NCBI GenBank assembly: GCA_016748015.1
Contig: JAAOMT010000324.1
Location: 135,924 to 199,923 of the forward strand
Length of the DNA: 64,000 nt
Direction: 5' to 3'
Origin: Geosiphon pyriformis uo1
Taxonomy: Eukaryota; Fungi; Glomeromycota
Both the position numbers and the translations under genes were made by a program. Below the pieces are notes generated by a model. It did not search any database. It was not told where the DNA came from and saw nothing but the letters and a program-made list of their open reading frames with translations. Shown one piece after another: positions 38,671 to 51,614 of this stretch. How positions within the stretch are numbered: position 1 is the first letter of the stretch; each line of letters starts with the position of its first letter.

Positions 38671-40038
38671 ATAGACACAACCACCTACCAACAAATACAT
38701 CAGTACCTATTAACACTATATTTCAAGAAAATCTTATCTCAACAGGAACAGAGTATCATACAGAAACAAGCAAAAAACTACTTTATTCAAAATAACCAAC
38801 TCTACCATTGAGAATAACAAAATCACCTCACTTCACAATGATTAATAAAAAACAGTGAAAAAGAAACCATATTATATAGCATGCACCCAGATCTAACAGC
38901 AGGACACTTCAACAAAAATGCTACTCTAGAAAAAACAAGCAACCTATACTATTGGCCAACAATATATAAGGATATTTTTGAATATGTTCTTACTTGTGAT
39001 TTATGCCAAAGAAGAGGAGAAGCAAAATCAACAGAACCACTTTAACCCATTCCAGTTGAAAATCCATTTAATAAAATCAGGATTGACTTGGTTGGTCTTC
39101 TCTTAATTACATCTAAAGGAAATCAGTATATTGCTATAGCCATTAACTATCTTACAAAATGGCCAGAAGCCAGAGCAATTCAAGTGGTTGATGCCAAAAC
39201 AGTCACTGAGTTTGTACATCAAGACCTAATTTGCAGACATGAATGTCCAAAAAAATTGTTATCCAATCAAGGAATGCATTTTGTCAACAGTACGTTAACA
39301 GAATTAAGCCAATGGTTTGGTATAAAACATTCTTTATCATTACCATACTACTCACAAACAAACGGACTGGTAGAACGGTTTAACTGAATTCTGTGTGAAG
39401 CACTAGCTAAAATAAGTCAAGAAAATGAACAAGAATGGGACTTATTCATACCTTCAGTACTCTTTACATACCAAACACTAAAGCAAAATATGACACAATT
39501 CACACCATTCAAACTAGTCTATGGAAGAAAAGCCACATTACATATCGAATAAGAAATATCGCCTTACCTAACAGAAACAATCACCAAAGAGAATTTTGAA
39601 GTTACCTTATACCAAAAAATATACCAGCTAATGGAAATATTAGAAAACAACTGAAGAACAGCAGCTGATAACATTAATAATGCTTAAAAATGGCAAAAGG
39701 AAAGACATGACAATCGCCTATCTGAACAACCAATAAAATTCAAGATTGGAGACCAAGTACTATTACATCATACAAAAGCTAAAAAACAGTGGAATAGAAA
39801 GTTTGACCCAAAGTGAAATGGTCCATTTCACATACAAGAAGCTTTAGGAAATAGAGCTTACAAATTACAATTAGAAGACAAGATTCTAAAGAAAGTAGCT
39901 CATGGGAACTGATTAAAAATTTATCATGCAAAACAGCAGTCATCATCATCAATACCTCAATTAGGAACACAAATTCCATTAATCAGACCAGAAGATATAT
40001 CATGAGATCTGGAACCAATCATCATCATTGAAACATAA
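38671..40038 (+). pseudogene. Integrase of element 5
   Basis: (I/M)DTTTYQQIHQYL...MHPD..GH...CDLCQ...IDLVG...SNQGMHF...NGLVERFN...NGPFHI. Confidence 0.88.
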
Positions 40039-40122
40039 CAGTAATACATGACTATTTAATTGGAAAATTCAAGTATATATAACATCCAAAAAAACAGCAA
40101 GAATTGATAGAACTTTGTCAAC

Positions 40123-40857
40123 ATGGATCTTTCAAATCAAATTCTACAACTCTTAAAACAACTGTTTGATGTAATTCAACAGTTTTCTGCTCAAATAGAA
40201 ATAACAATTAATAAAAAAAAGCTATGGTACAAAGATAAAAGCAGGAAAGAGGAGAATGAAAGTTCAACTAGAACTAAATATTTCTTTCCCTATACACCAC
40301 CCAAAAAGCAATATTGGAGGAAAAATTGCTTTTGGGCAGAAGGTGAAAAAGAAAGAGAGAAGAGACGAGAAAAAGGTTACAAAAGAAGATACTTGGTCCC
40401 TGAAATAGAAGAAATTAAAAAATCTTTATCTCGTGGAACCGAACTTCCCGAAACAGGGGAGTGGACATTAGACAATGCCCAGGAATAAAAAGAAAGACTT
40501 CTGTCAGCCTATTGGTTCTACAAAATTAAAGAGCAGCTTGACTTGAAAACATCATATGAAGACCTCAGCCAGAAAACGTTCAACAAAGAAGCAATGCAAC
40601 AGGTAGAAAAATTCATAGGAAGAAACAACTTAATCCTATATTACAAAGCAGCATACTGACTATACGCTGCCTTCCAACATTGCCCAAACGTACTACTAAA
40701 CAGTTCTATAAAAACCATAATGGTTAACAACATAGGACGAATAACCAATCAACAGTTTAAAGACCTACAAAAAGCAATACTCGAGGCAACCATCGAACAT
40801 TACATGAATAAATCCATAATAATAGATATATACGGTTTTGCAGGAGCTCAATTTTAA
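40123..40857 (+). pseudogene. ORF3 of element 5 (244 codons, two transition-type internal stops, no frameshift)
   Basis: MDLSNQILQLLKQLF...LLSAYWFYKIKEQL...FNKEAMQQVEKFIG...YGFAGAQF*. Confidence 0.8.
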
Positions 40858-40870
40858 AAGAGAGAGATAA

Positions 40871-41906
40871 TGTTACCCGAGTAGAAAAACATGACCAAAA
40901 CATGAACAAAATGTGATATAACACAGAATAATATGCAATAATGTGCAATAATGCATTGTAACTTAGGATAATGCAGAATAACACATTATAATATAAAATA
41001 ACACAGAATAACATATAATAACACCAGATAATGTGTTATAACATAAGATAACTAGCAATAACATAGAATAATGAAGCAATAACAAAAATAACAAAGCAAT
41101 AGCTAATGATAATGTAACAATTGAAAGCAATTCTGTAAAACCAAAAGAATATATAAAAACAAGTACTCATAGAAGTTAGAAAGAGGACAGATAGCTAGAC
41201 AAGAATTAATTTTCCTTTACTCTCTCATATTTTAGCCTATACACACATTCTAAAATAAAATCAAATATTCCAAATTCACAAATCTATGTTCTCCCAACTT
41301 CTATGTTTTAATTGAATCATTGTTGATTACCTCTATTCTAGAACAGATGCCATTAGTATAAATGCCTCAAATATTAACAACTTGGACCAATTGCTCTTGA
41401 TCATGGTAATTGACGGGAACTAATTCTTTTTTTTTTTTCATTTTCATTTTTTCTTGTTTTTTTTTTGTTTTTTTTTGTTTTCTTTTTTTTTGTGTGGAGC
41501 GACAACATTGGAAAATTGATTGTCTTGGAATAGACTTCGTGATAGTTTGGTAAAAAAAGGAAGCTCCCCCTACAGTTTTGGATATTAATGTTATCTTGTT
41601 AGCTTATTAAAAGGGCGAAAAGACAATGCTGGACCCTAACAACTGTGCTTGTTAGCTTGGAAAAAAATGTTCACATTAATGGAAAGGTTGCAATTAACAA
41701 GAGATAAACTCTGTGCCTTATAACCAAAGAACTCAACGGGTAAATTTATGTACAGAAATAGACCTTCAGAGACTGATAACACTAATACTGAGAAAAACAT
41801 ACAAACTTGAAAGACTAAAGTAAAGCACCAAACATAAATACCATAAACATGGAATTCTATCCATAACAACATATAAGAATTAAAGAAAAAAAAAAATAAG
41901 ATAACA
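40871..41906 (+). repeat. 3' LTR of element 5 (subfamily B, ~1036 bp) with 10-bp periodic U3 array
   Basis: TGTTACCCGA start after PPT AAAAGAGAGAGATAA; ends AAGATAACA; homologous to 15980-17036. Confidence 0.82.
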
Positions 41907-43003
41907 ACTTTTATCTCAATCATTCTTTTATCACAAATTTTTTTTTCCCTACCTTTAAGTATCTGAACATTTTGGAATAAAAGATTACTTATTGGTTATT
42001 TTTTACCCTTTTTCTGAAATATGTAATTATAGTATTTGAAGATTATTGAATAAAACATAACTGAAGAGTACATCTGATATCTGATATTGAATTCTAAGAA
42101 TGCTGATATAAAACATAGAATTATACCAGTATATGATTATTTGTTGACAATATGGACTATTTTTCTACTTTTAGATTCTCCAATTATCTTTTGAAAAATA
42201 TAGCAATTGAAATATTTTATGAAACTGATCTTGTATATTAAATTCATATTTATTCAATTCACTCTTTAAAATTGAATTCTCTTTGATTTCTTTCATCATT
42301 TTACAATCTTGTTCTTTCTTGCTATCTATTAGCTTGTTACTTCAACTCATAACAGTATTTTAAAGTTTAGTATTGTTTTGGTTAATTTAAATAACCAAAC
42401 ATTTTTAAATATATGTATTTTAAATATAACTATTATTAATTTTAATTTTTACAATATATATTAAATTAAATAAAAATTTATTTATTTATTAAAATAAAAT
42501 TAAAAACTATATTAATATTATTAATAATAAATATATAAATATGTTTATAAATATATTTATAATTTTACTTTTTATTTTGTTTTTTAATATTAGTAAATAA
42601 TTTTTTATTTTTTAAAAAAACTGTTTTTAAAAATACTTATTATTTTATAAGTTTGTTTAATTTTATTAATTTTGTTAAAGCCAAATATGTTAAAAAATTT
42701 GTAAATAAGTTTTAATTTATAATTTTAATCTAAAAACTGTAATAATATAATATTTTAATAGATATTTATAAATTGGCTTAACTAACTTAATTTTTACTGT
42801 TTTTTATTTTTATTTTTAAAAGTTTTATATATAAAATTGTTTATTATTTTAAAAAAAAACTATATAAATTTTTTTTTTTATTTTATTTTAATGAGTAAGG
42901 TCCAAACACTACCTAGTACAATACATCATACAAGTGATCTAAACTAAGTGTGAATCATGCTCTTTCTACACATGACCAGCCACTCAGACTAGTCAGGACA
43001 ACA

Positions 43004-46000
43004 CTAGGCACTTATACGCACCAAGACCAAGTTACCTACACCTGAAAAGAATAAACTAGATTTACGAAACCCAAAACTAACACCAAGAGCATCAGTAATA
43101 CCCAACAATTTAACTACACCAGACGAGAGCACCAAAGGAAGACCAGAAACCGAGATAGGAATAGAGCCGTCACATGGGATCAAGCCACCTTTCTCCATAA
43201 CAGCTCTGTGTTTCACACGCACCAGCCAAATATCATCACAGAATGCAAGACAGAATTCGCGAACAAATGCCACAATATTTTGAGCCGCCGTTTTAGAGTC
43301 CTTGAAAACAGAAAGAGATTCACGATACCACTTATTGAAAACAAAGCCCTTACTTATAACCGTACTAACAACAGCATTGGAAGCGCAATCAGAAAGCAAC
43401 TGTGAAACACATGAAGTTGAGTGAGACAAACCCGAGCGCATTTCCCAAACAGATGCATGAGTGTTCATCAACCGAGCACGATCACTAGCATCAAAAGGGC
43501 AAGAAAAAACATGATCTGAAATCTCAACATTACCACAAAACAAACACATCACACTGGGGTACCCCTTACTGTACAGTCACTTACACACAGCAACAGGAAG
43601 ATGATAATGCAACGCCTTCATAAAATATGTCCAAAAACTAGCTGTATGAGTACTAGTAAAACCAGCGGCCAAATGAGAGTCCGAATGTCACACCAAACAT
43701 GATCTGGACCAATCAACATCAGCATGCAGACTGTCCACCAAAACCTGAGAACCAGAACCAACCTCTCAATATGCATGGTAAATAGAGCGGAAAACACCAC
43801 GAACAAAATGTCTAAAATTACCAGAAACCACAGCACCACCAGCTCTGAGAAAATGTTCATTGATCCTATGAAGAAGATGCACACCAGAAGACGCAGCAGC
43901 CCTAGCCAAAGTGTCAGCACACTCATTGCCCAAGACTCCGGAGTGACCTCTAACTTTAATTCAATTAACATCCAAATTCTTGCAATGAATGACATTAGAA
44001 ATATGGCAGCGTTTGACCCAACACCGATTTCTAAAATCTGGATGATCCAATATTAACTCTGACTTGCAAGCATCCAAAGCGGCCTGGCTGTCCGAAAACA
44101 GATTGACCAAACAAGAAGGAGGAATGCACTTGAGAGCCAAAGAAATGGCCTGTAACTCCACCATGGTAGAAGAAACCAAACCAGAAACTTCCACACCCAA
44201 ATTCAAATCAATGTCCCCAAAAAAAGCAGTGGCGCCAGCCTTCATACTAAGAGTACCCAGCCCATACAGAGAACTATCTGTAAACAAAGAAAGGCAATCA
44301 GAATCAACCTCCAACAAATGATTGCAGACAACATCAAACTCACAAGACTTAAGAACATCAGACAAGGCAACATTCAGTGGTGAAAGAGAGCAAATGGGAA
44401 AAGACCCAGAACCAGACAAAAAGTGAACAGCAACATTGAACTAATCAGGAACTGGGCCCCAAGGGTCCAGTCTCTTCCACCACTTGAAAGTCCTCCATTC
44501 AAAAACAGAACCAGTTTGATCGCAAAACTGCTCAACAAAAGCAATTCCATATTGCCAAAGTGAAGAGACACATTTATAAAAAACTGGCTCGCCAAGAACA
44601 ATAGACATTGAAGTTCCTTTTTGAAAACAAAAAGCTTTGGTCATGAGACCACCCAGAGAAAGGTCACAACCCAAAAAAATTCAGACAACACCAGCCAAAA
44701 AATTATTCAAAGGACTGACACTAATATGAGAAGGAAAAAGCAGAGGGTGGTGAGAGCGCCAGCTAAGAACTTGTAAGTCATGAGATCTATGTGCGAACAA
44801 GCAGTCTAAGATACCCACAGAATTAGCGAAGCAAACAACAGCAGCTGACTTGCTCTCTGCCTGGACCTGTTCAAAAGATTTCAACCCATACAAAGAAGGA
44901 TGATGAACAGCATTATTGGAAAAATCGAGCAGTAGGCCAGATTTGGACTTCAAAACTTTACAAATTATAGTGTCCCATTTTGCACACACACTAATAGAAA
45001 CAAAACTAAACTGAGTCCTATAGACAATTATGGGGTAAAGAACCACTGAGACCAAATACGAGAACTGCTTATCAGAAATAGCTTTTCTTAGAACAACATT
45101 GGTGAAGAACCTGACATTCAAGTGTGCCTTAGCCAAGCTAGGCTTCGACAAACCTTCAGTAGACAGAAAGATACCCAGGTATCAATGAAACTTTCCCCTT
45201 TTGGCTATCAAAATAGGCAAACCACTGATCAACAAATGAGGATCGGAAACTCTGCAATTAATGAAAATAGCCACCGTCTTGTCATTATTGATTGAGATGT
45301 TATTGACTCAAAAGAAATCACTAACAACATTGAAAATATGTTGGATGGCAGCCTGGCTGCTACCAATTCAAATCGTATCATCAACGAAAGCACCAGCTTT
45401 GAGGAAAGAAGTTAAACCAGCCTGAGATTCAGCGTGATCAGTGTTGGCAACACAACAAGAGTCTAACCTGTATCCACATACACTTTCTTGTCTCTTGACT
45501 TCACACAAAAGAGGATCATAAAATATGCGCCAGAGAAGAGGAGAAAACACCTCCCCTTGGTTCAAGCTATTATGAACCTGATATCCATTGGTCAACCCAA
45601 AATTCATCATAACTCTGTTGAACTAATCATTGTAAATGCTACCAAAAAATTGAATGAATTTGTTACACATCTTTATTCTAACCAAGCTTTTTCTCAGATG
45701 TTCCCAACCAACAGAGTCATAAGCCTTCCGCATGTTCTGCAAGACCAGCCACAGCTCTCGGTTCTTTTCCAAAGCATCTTTTATGACCAATCCAATAGCA
45801 AAAATAGGAGATTGCATTGTTGTACCTTTTAAGACAGAAAAATTATCCCCTCTCAAAACATCAAAAACACTACAAGCCAAAAAAATCCTGTCCAAAAGCA
45901 CTTTAGAAAGGACTTTGCGAGCTGTCTCAATCAAAGCAATAGGATAGGTATTTGTGAGAACACCCTCCCATTCATATGGTTTGGGAATCATCAACACCCA

Positions 46001-47692
46001 AGCCTTCTTCCAAGGCCCAGGAACAGATTCACACTCCAAGCAAACATTCAAAAGCACTAAAAGCATATCCAATACTGATTTGTCACAATGTTTCCACAAC
46101 TCATTCGAGATACCAGAGAGACCAGCTGCTTTTCCATCAGGCAGACTTGAAATGACATTAGACATCTCATCAAAATCAATCGGGCACATTACACCAGAAA
46201 AAGCGTCATCAAAAACATACTCCAAAGGCTGGTATTGGTGATTTCAGACACCAGTAACATCAGAAAATACACCGCACTTCCTAGTCCAAACCTCCATGAC
46301 CGCATCTACTTTGGCCTTAACCAAATTAGGCTCCAATACCAACTCATTATCAACAACCAGATGATCTAAAGTTACCTTGCGAAAAGGATATTCTAACATG
46401 CTCCTAATAGTAAGACCCTTGTTTAACTCGAAACTTTCTATTTTTTTATCTATCGCCAACCTGATCTGAGATTCCCTAATCCGCCCTGCTTCAGACATCT
46501 TGGAGAAGTGATAAGACTTTTTGACTTTGGACAAAACTGACTAAATAGCATTGAAGTGGGAATCTGACAGAAAAAGAGACCTCACCATAGAGGCATTGAC
46601 TGAATCCACACCTTCCCACCTGTCGAGCAAGGATGTAAACTCCTCAGCAGAATTCAGACAAGATGCTTTAACTAACTTAGACATCAAGAGTTCTAGCCTG
46701 TGAAACTTGGACAATTCCTTGCTAAAAATTTTATCAAAGTCCTTGAACCACTTCCTCTTAAAAACTGCCTCAGCAGACAGACACATCACTTTACGAAGAG
46801 CAACCCACATTGAATCCAAGTCTGAGCAGATCCTGGCTGCAAGAAAATCATCATAAAACATAGCAGCATTTGCTGCAGTATCCTTCTCAAATTTGGCTTA
46901 TTTAATATCATCCGCACTTTTGCAATTGTATTTCCAGCGATTCTTATTTGCCTGCTTGTGGACAGAATTCAACTGGACATCTAGCAGACCACCTAAACCC
47001 ACCCACACTAAAACAGCCTGATGATCAGTATTAAAGTATTCCCCAACACTAACCACATCACGACCCACCACTGTATTGACTAGGTTTAAAGAAATGAGCA
47101 TATAATTAATCATCTTAGCAATGCCCTGAGAATTAGACCAAGTTGGCAATTTCCCACAGGAGTTCCCACCCAGGGCATTAACCAAACCCATGTCCAGGCA
47201 TTTCCTAAAACTTACACACTTACGAGAGCCGTTTTCATTAAAATCGGCACCAAGAATGATAAAAGAAGATTCATTGACAGCCTTTGCAATAAGAGAGTTG
47301 ATGTCGCCAGCTTGAGAAAACTGAGCCACTGAAGAGACACCAGTGTACAGCCCCAAAATTGACACAGACAGTTTATTCTTAAAAAGCAACCTGATGAACA
47401 GGAGCCGACCAGGCACTTCCAAAATCTTACAAACATGTCGCACCAAAGAAGAATTCATGACAATCACCACACCTGCACTTAGATAACCAGATTCTATACC
47501 AAAGGTAAACACCCGTACACCATCAAATTTGTTGACAATCCAGGGGCAAACCTTTCTCTTTAATTTTGATTCCATAAAAATAGAAATTAAATTGTTCATA
47601 TTCTTATGCCAACGAATGATATCGTCTTGTTTCGCAGGATTGTTCATTCCTCTTACATTACACGTAGCCACCTTTCAAACCAGATCACTCAT
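43004..47692 (-). pseudogene. LINE ORF2: APE endonuclease, RT, RNase H, C-terminal Cys-His motif
   Basis: ATCNVRGMN, GADFNE, TDHQAV (APE); KAYDSVGW, QGEVFSPLLW, AFVDDTI (RT); FTDSS..ELQAI..SDSQAA (RNase H); CLFCGNVEISDHVFSC. Confidence 0.93.
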
Positions 47693-49563
47693 TGGGAATA
47701 GGAGGACACCTGAGACCCTGAGTTAGCACACAACTGATCAAACTTCCCCAGAATCATACCAACAGAGGTGTTAAAAGCTGCCAGCTTGGATTCTAAAGAA
47801 CCCACCTTAAAGGTCAAAATCTTTGAACTACTTGAACCTAAATCTGAACCAACAGAAGGAAGTAAAGATGTCACCACAGGAACAGTCAGAGTAGCATCCA
47901 AAACCATATCAATATCGGCAGCCACTGGGACAGCCAAAACACCAGAAGAAAAAGAAGGGGGAGCCAAAGACACCAAATTCATGCCACTAAGTTTGTGCAC
48001 AATACGAGAAACCTGATTATGTAGGAGCCCCAAGGAACGTTCCAAAGATGCCAAACAAGCACTCAACAAATAATCATCATTTGGAAGTAGAGGACTACCA
48101 CCACCTAAACCAGAAATACCAAGAGAGAAGACACTAGAGTCAAAACCAGAACCAGAAGAAAAACCACCAGAAGAGGGAGCAAAAGACACCACTTGGGCCC
48201 ATAACTTGCCACCAAAAGCAGCAGAGCGAGAAATAGGAACATTTTTCTTTGCGTACAGTTTGGCCAGCTGGAAGCAATTGGCACTGGAGGCAGGCTTTTT
48301 AAATGAAAATAAGGGCACAAGAGATGATACATTCAAAGCATCACACTCAAGAGCTGAATGACCAAGACGTCCACATTTCCCACACCGAATCACATCAAAT
48401 CTAGTCCATGAGAGTTGAACACCACCAAGAACAGGCTCAGTGAGAAAAGCAGAATTCAGATCATTCTCAGATTCAAAGCCAACCACAGCACAATAAATTC
48501 TATTACCAGTGTCTAATGAACAATTAATGATGCAAGTCTTGCCATCAGTCCTATCCAAAAGATTACTAAGATCATGCACCGTTGTTCCCACCAACAATAT
48601 AAACAGAAGTGCCCTAAAACAATCCCTAAAGGCCCAGATATCACAATCTCCCATGGCTTTGGCCACACGTACTGAATCTTTCCTGATTAAGAATGACCAT
48701 CTTGACGCTAACTGATCTGCTTGACTCAATTTGGCAAACTCCACCACAGCCTTCTGCCACATGCCAATTAACTGAATCTTGATCAACTTGATTTCTCCAA
48801 ACTTGGCGACTGTGGCGACAATTATTTCCTTCGGGATATCCATGGGAATTTCTTTAATCACCACAGCTCGATCTGAATGTACTCCTGATTTTATGAGATT
48901 AGTGTTTACGATGATCCCTTTTTCCCTGGCTAATGACGCAGCCTTTCTCATGCTTTCTTTTGATGTGAAAGTAGATCTGATGATCTCTTCAAATTTTGAG
49001 GGAGTAGTGGCCCCCCCAAAACCATTGACTGAAGAAAAAATTTTCCTAATTAGCCGGGTCTTTGCCATTGCTGAATTACTCTCTACAGCTGAGAGATCAA
49101 TATCCAATGCAAAGGATTTTTTGATTGATACTTCCACAGAAGTCTTAATAATTTTTGGATTGATCTACTTTTTTTCCAGAGAGATAGGCAAGCAAGGAGG
49201 AAGCACAATTTCATCATCATCCATAGCAAAATTAGGAGAACCAAGTGGAAAGCCAAACACTGTACCAGTATTAACACATTTTGCTTTGAGAATAGTGGCA
49301 GCTGAGTCCAGCGGAGACCTCTCACTTATACCAGACATGCCAACATCCTCATCATCACCAGATATACTATCCACATCAGAATATACACTATCATCAGACC
49401 CAGATTTACTCAAAGAGATATTCTTCTCATCACCAGAGTGTTTAACATTCCCAAGAACCACCTTTTTTTTTTGAGCAAAAGAACCACCAGCAGGACCATG
49501 GAAAGCACTTTTGGGCACCTTTTTTTTGGACATATCACTGCTCGAAACAGTCTTCAAATCCAC
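47689..49563 (-). pseudogene. LINE ORF1 (RRM-like region + CCHC zinc knuckle), one internal stop
   Basis: 49563-49165 and 49137-47689 are in one frame; CGKCGRLGHSALEC; homologous to 54409-56228. Confidence 0.88.
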
Positions 49564-50383
49564 AATGAAAGGATTATTAAAGAAATATTGAAAGATTTGA
49601 CAAGAAAAAACAGAAAACTTCTTTTTCAGAAATGCACCTTTTTGAGGATTTTTAGGAAGTAAGAGAGAAAGAAGTTTTTTATATAATTTTAAGTTAAAAA
49701 TTATTTATATTTATTATAATTTATTAAAAAACTTTGGTTATATTTTCTTATTTATATTAAATTCTGTTATATAAAAAAATATTATTGTTGTTTTAATAAA
49801 ATAGCATGTTTTATTTAATTAGTTGTTAATTCTTTGATAATTAAATATTATATAATAATAAGATTAATAATTATATAAATATAGTTAGTATAAAAAGTTT
49901 TGTTTTCAGAAATTGGTTTTTAAAAACATTAAAAATATTTAAAAATAGTTTTAAAACTATTATAAATTTTATTAAAATTGTATATAATATAGCTGGTTAT
50001 TTTAAGTTAAATATATAATTGCTTAATTTTAATTTTAAAATTATTTATAAAAAATAAAATTTAATTATTAGCAATAGATTATAATTTTTAAGTTTATTAT
50101 TAAATAGCTTTGTTGTAAATATTTATAATTTAAGTTTTAATTATAGTATTTTAATTAATTTTGGTTTTAAAGTTTTATTATCTTTAATATTTATGTTTTT
50201 AATAATATAAATTTATAATATTGTTTTAAGTAATTAATTATATATAAAAAAAACATAAATTATATTTTTTTTTAAATTTAATATATTATAATAAATAATA
50301 ATTGGACTGTAATTATTAATTAATATAAAAAATTTAATTAAACAATACAGTTAAATATTAATTCAAAATAAATTCAGTAAATA

Positions 50384-50387
<4 letters not shown>

Positions 50388-50423
<36 letters not shown>
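50388..50423. repeat. (ATT)12 microsatellite
   Basis: Perfect trinucleotide run. Confidence 0.9.
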
Positions 50424-51614
50424 GACCAAATTAAAAAAAGCTTTTGTTTATAGCCAAAAAAAAATTAAATTTTATAATTAATGTTAATAATATATTAAAA
50501 AAAGAAAAAACCAAACTTATTTTTAAAAAAAAAACAGATTTTAAAACAATTAAAGTGTTTTAAAAAACATAAAAAAACACTATTTTTAAATATTTTAAAA
50601 AAATGTACAACAGTAAAAAAAAGTTGCTTTTGTATTGTCTTGGTTTTTTTAGCTATTTGAATAACAATAAAAAAATAATTGTAAAAAACAGTAGCTTTAT
50701 TATTAATTTATAGTCAAAAACTTTAGAACTTTTTGCAATAATAATAAAAATATTAAAATTAGTTTTAAAGTATTATTTTAACTAAAAAAACTTTTAGCCA
50801 AAAACTAATAATATGTTTTTAAAATAGTTAAAAACTGTTTTGTTTTAAAAATATTTAAAAAAAGCATTTTTACAAATAAAAAAACATTATTTACTTTTTT
50901 TATTTTTTGTTCTAATATAATTATTATAGTTTTATGTACATAAATAGTGATTTTCATTAAGTAATTAAAAAAATTCTTTTTAACCATTCTGTTTTTATAA
51001 TAAATTATTATTAATTATTCAAATTTTATAAGATTAAAAATTAAATAATAATATTTTATTAATATTGTGTTTATGTTTTTTAAATTTAGATTCTATTATT
51101 AATGCAATATTATTTTAAGTTTTTAATAAATAATTATTTAATTGTTTTGTGTTTTTATTTTTGATTTATATATTTCTTTAATAAAAATAATTATAACTTC
51201 TATTATTTTTTTGATGATTTCTTTATTTTCATAACATTATTTTACATAAAATTCTCTTTTAAAAATAAGTTATCAATTTATTATGACTGAGATTTACTTG
51301 AAAATTTGAATTATAAATCTAATTTCAATATTTTGAATCCTTTTTCATTTGAGAATGATTTCAAAAAGTTACATCAGTGCTATTTTGAGTTTCATTGGCA
51401 TAAAAGTGTTAGAAGTGAACCAACAATTATCGAGAGACAACAATGAGATCTAATAATTTAATGACCAAGAATATTCTTTATCGGTTGGCGCTATGATAGA
51501 GCTCTCGAGGAATAAAAGTTGAAGTCGAAAAATGATCATACCCATTTTTTATCCATGATCGTTATATATTGAATTGAAAACTATTCTGGTAGAGTTCCAA
51601 ATAAAATATTGTTA

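Larger units (their letters stand above)
36601..41906 (+). mobile_element. 3' two-thirds of a subfamily B Ty3/Gypsy (element 5): dUTPase C-terminus, RT, RNase H, IN, ORF3, PPT, 3' LTR
   Basis: GIINAGYTG; SLDLASSYWQ; YLNNTNVF; EHPIAYAS; INYLTKWPEA; LTR 40871-41906. Confidence 0.9.
42869..49679 (-). mobile_element. Apparently full-length non-LTR retrotransposon (LINE; ORF1 + APE-RT-RNase H-CCHC ORF2), degenerate
   Basis: Poly(A) at 42869-42879; likely TSD AAAAT(T)TATATA at a TT/AAAA site (42861-42872, 49680-49690); ORF1 and ORF2 motifs. Confidence 0.92.

Noticed and set aside
40123-40857. ORF3 as an env gene
   Set aside because: Too short, with no signal peptide, transmembrane helix or recognisable fusion-protein features.
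41907-42360. Possible decayed coding fragment on the minus strand
   Set aside because: Multiple stops and no motif I can recognise.
42955-43000. Hammerhead ribozyme in the LINE 3' UTR (CTGA...GAAA)
   Set aside because: No CUGANGA core, and the stem topology does not fit.
43208-49662. Numerous antisense ORFs over LINE and Gypsy coding regions (e.g. 48779-49474)
   Set aside because: Shadows of biased codon composition; not conserved between homologous copies.
50425-50950. Possible decayed MITE (recurring TAGCCAAAAA)
   Set aside because: No convincing terminal inverted repeats or TSD in very AT-rich DNA.
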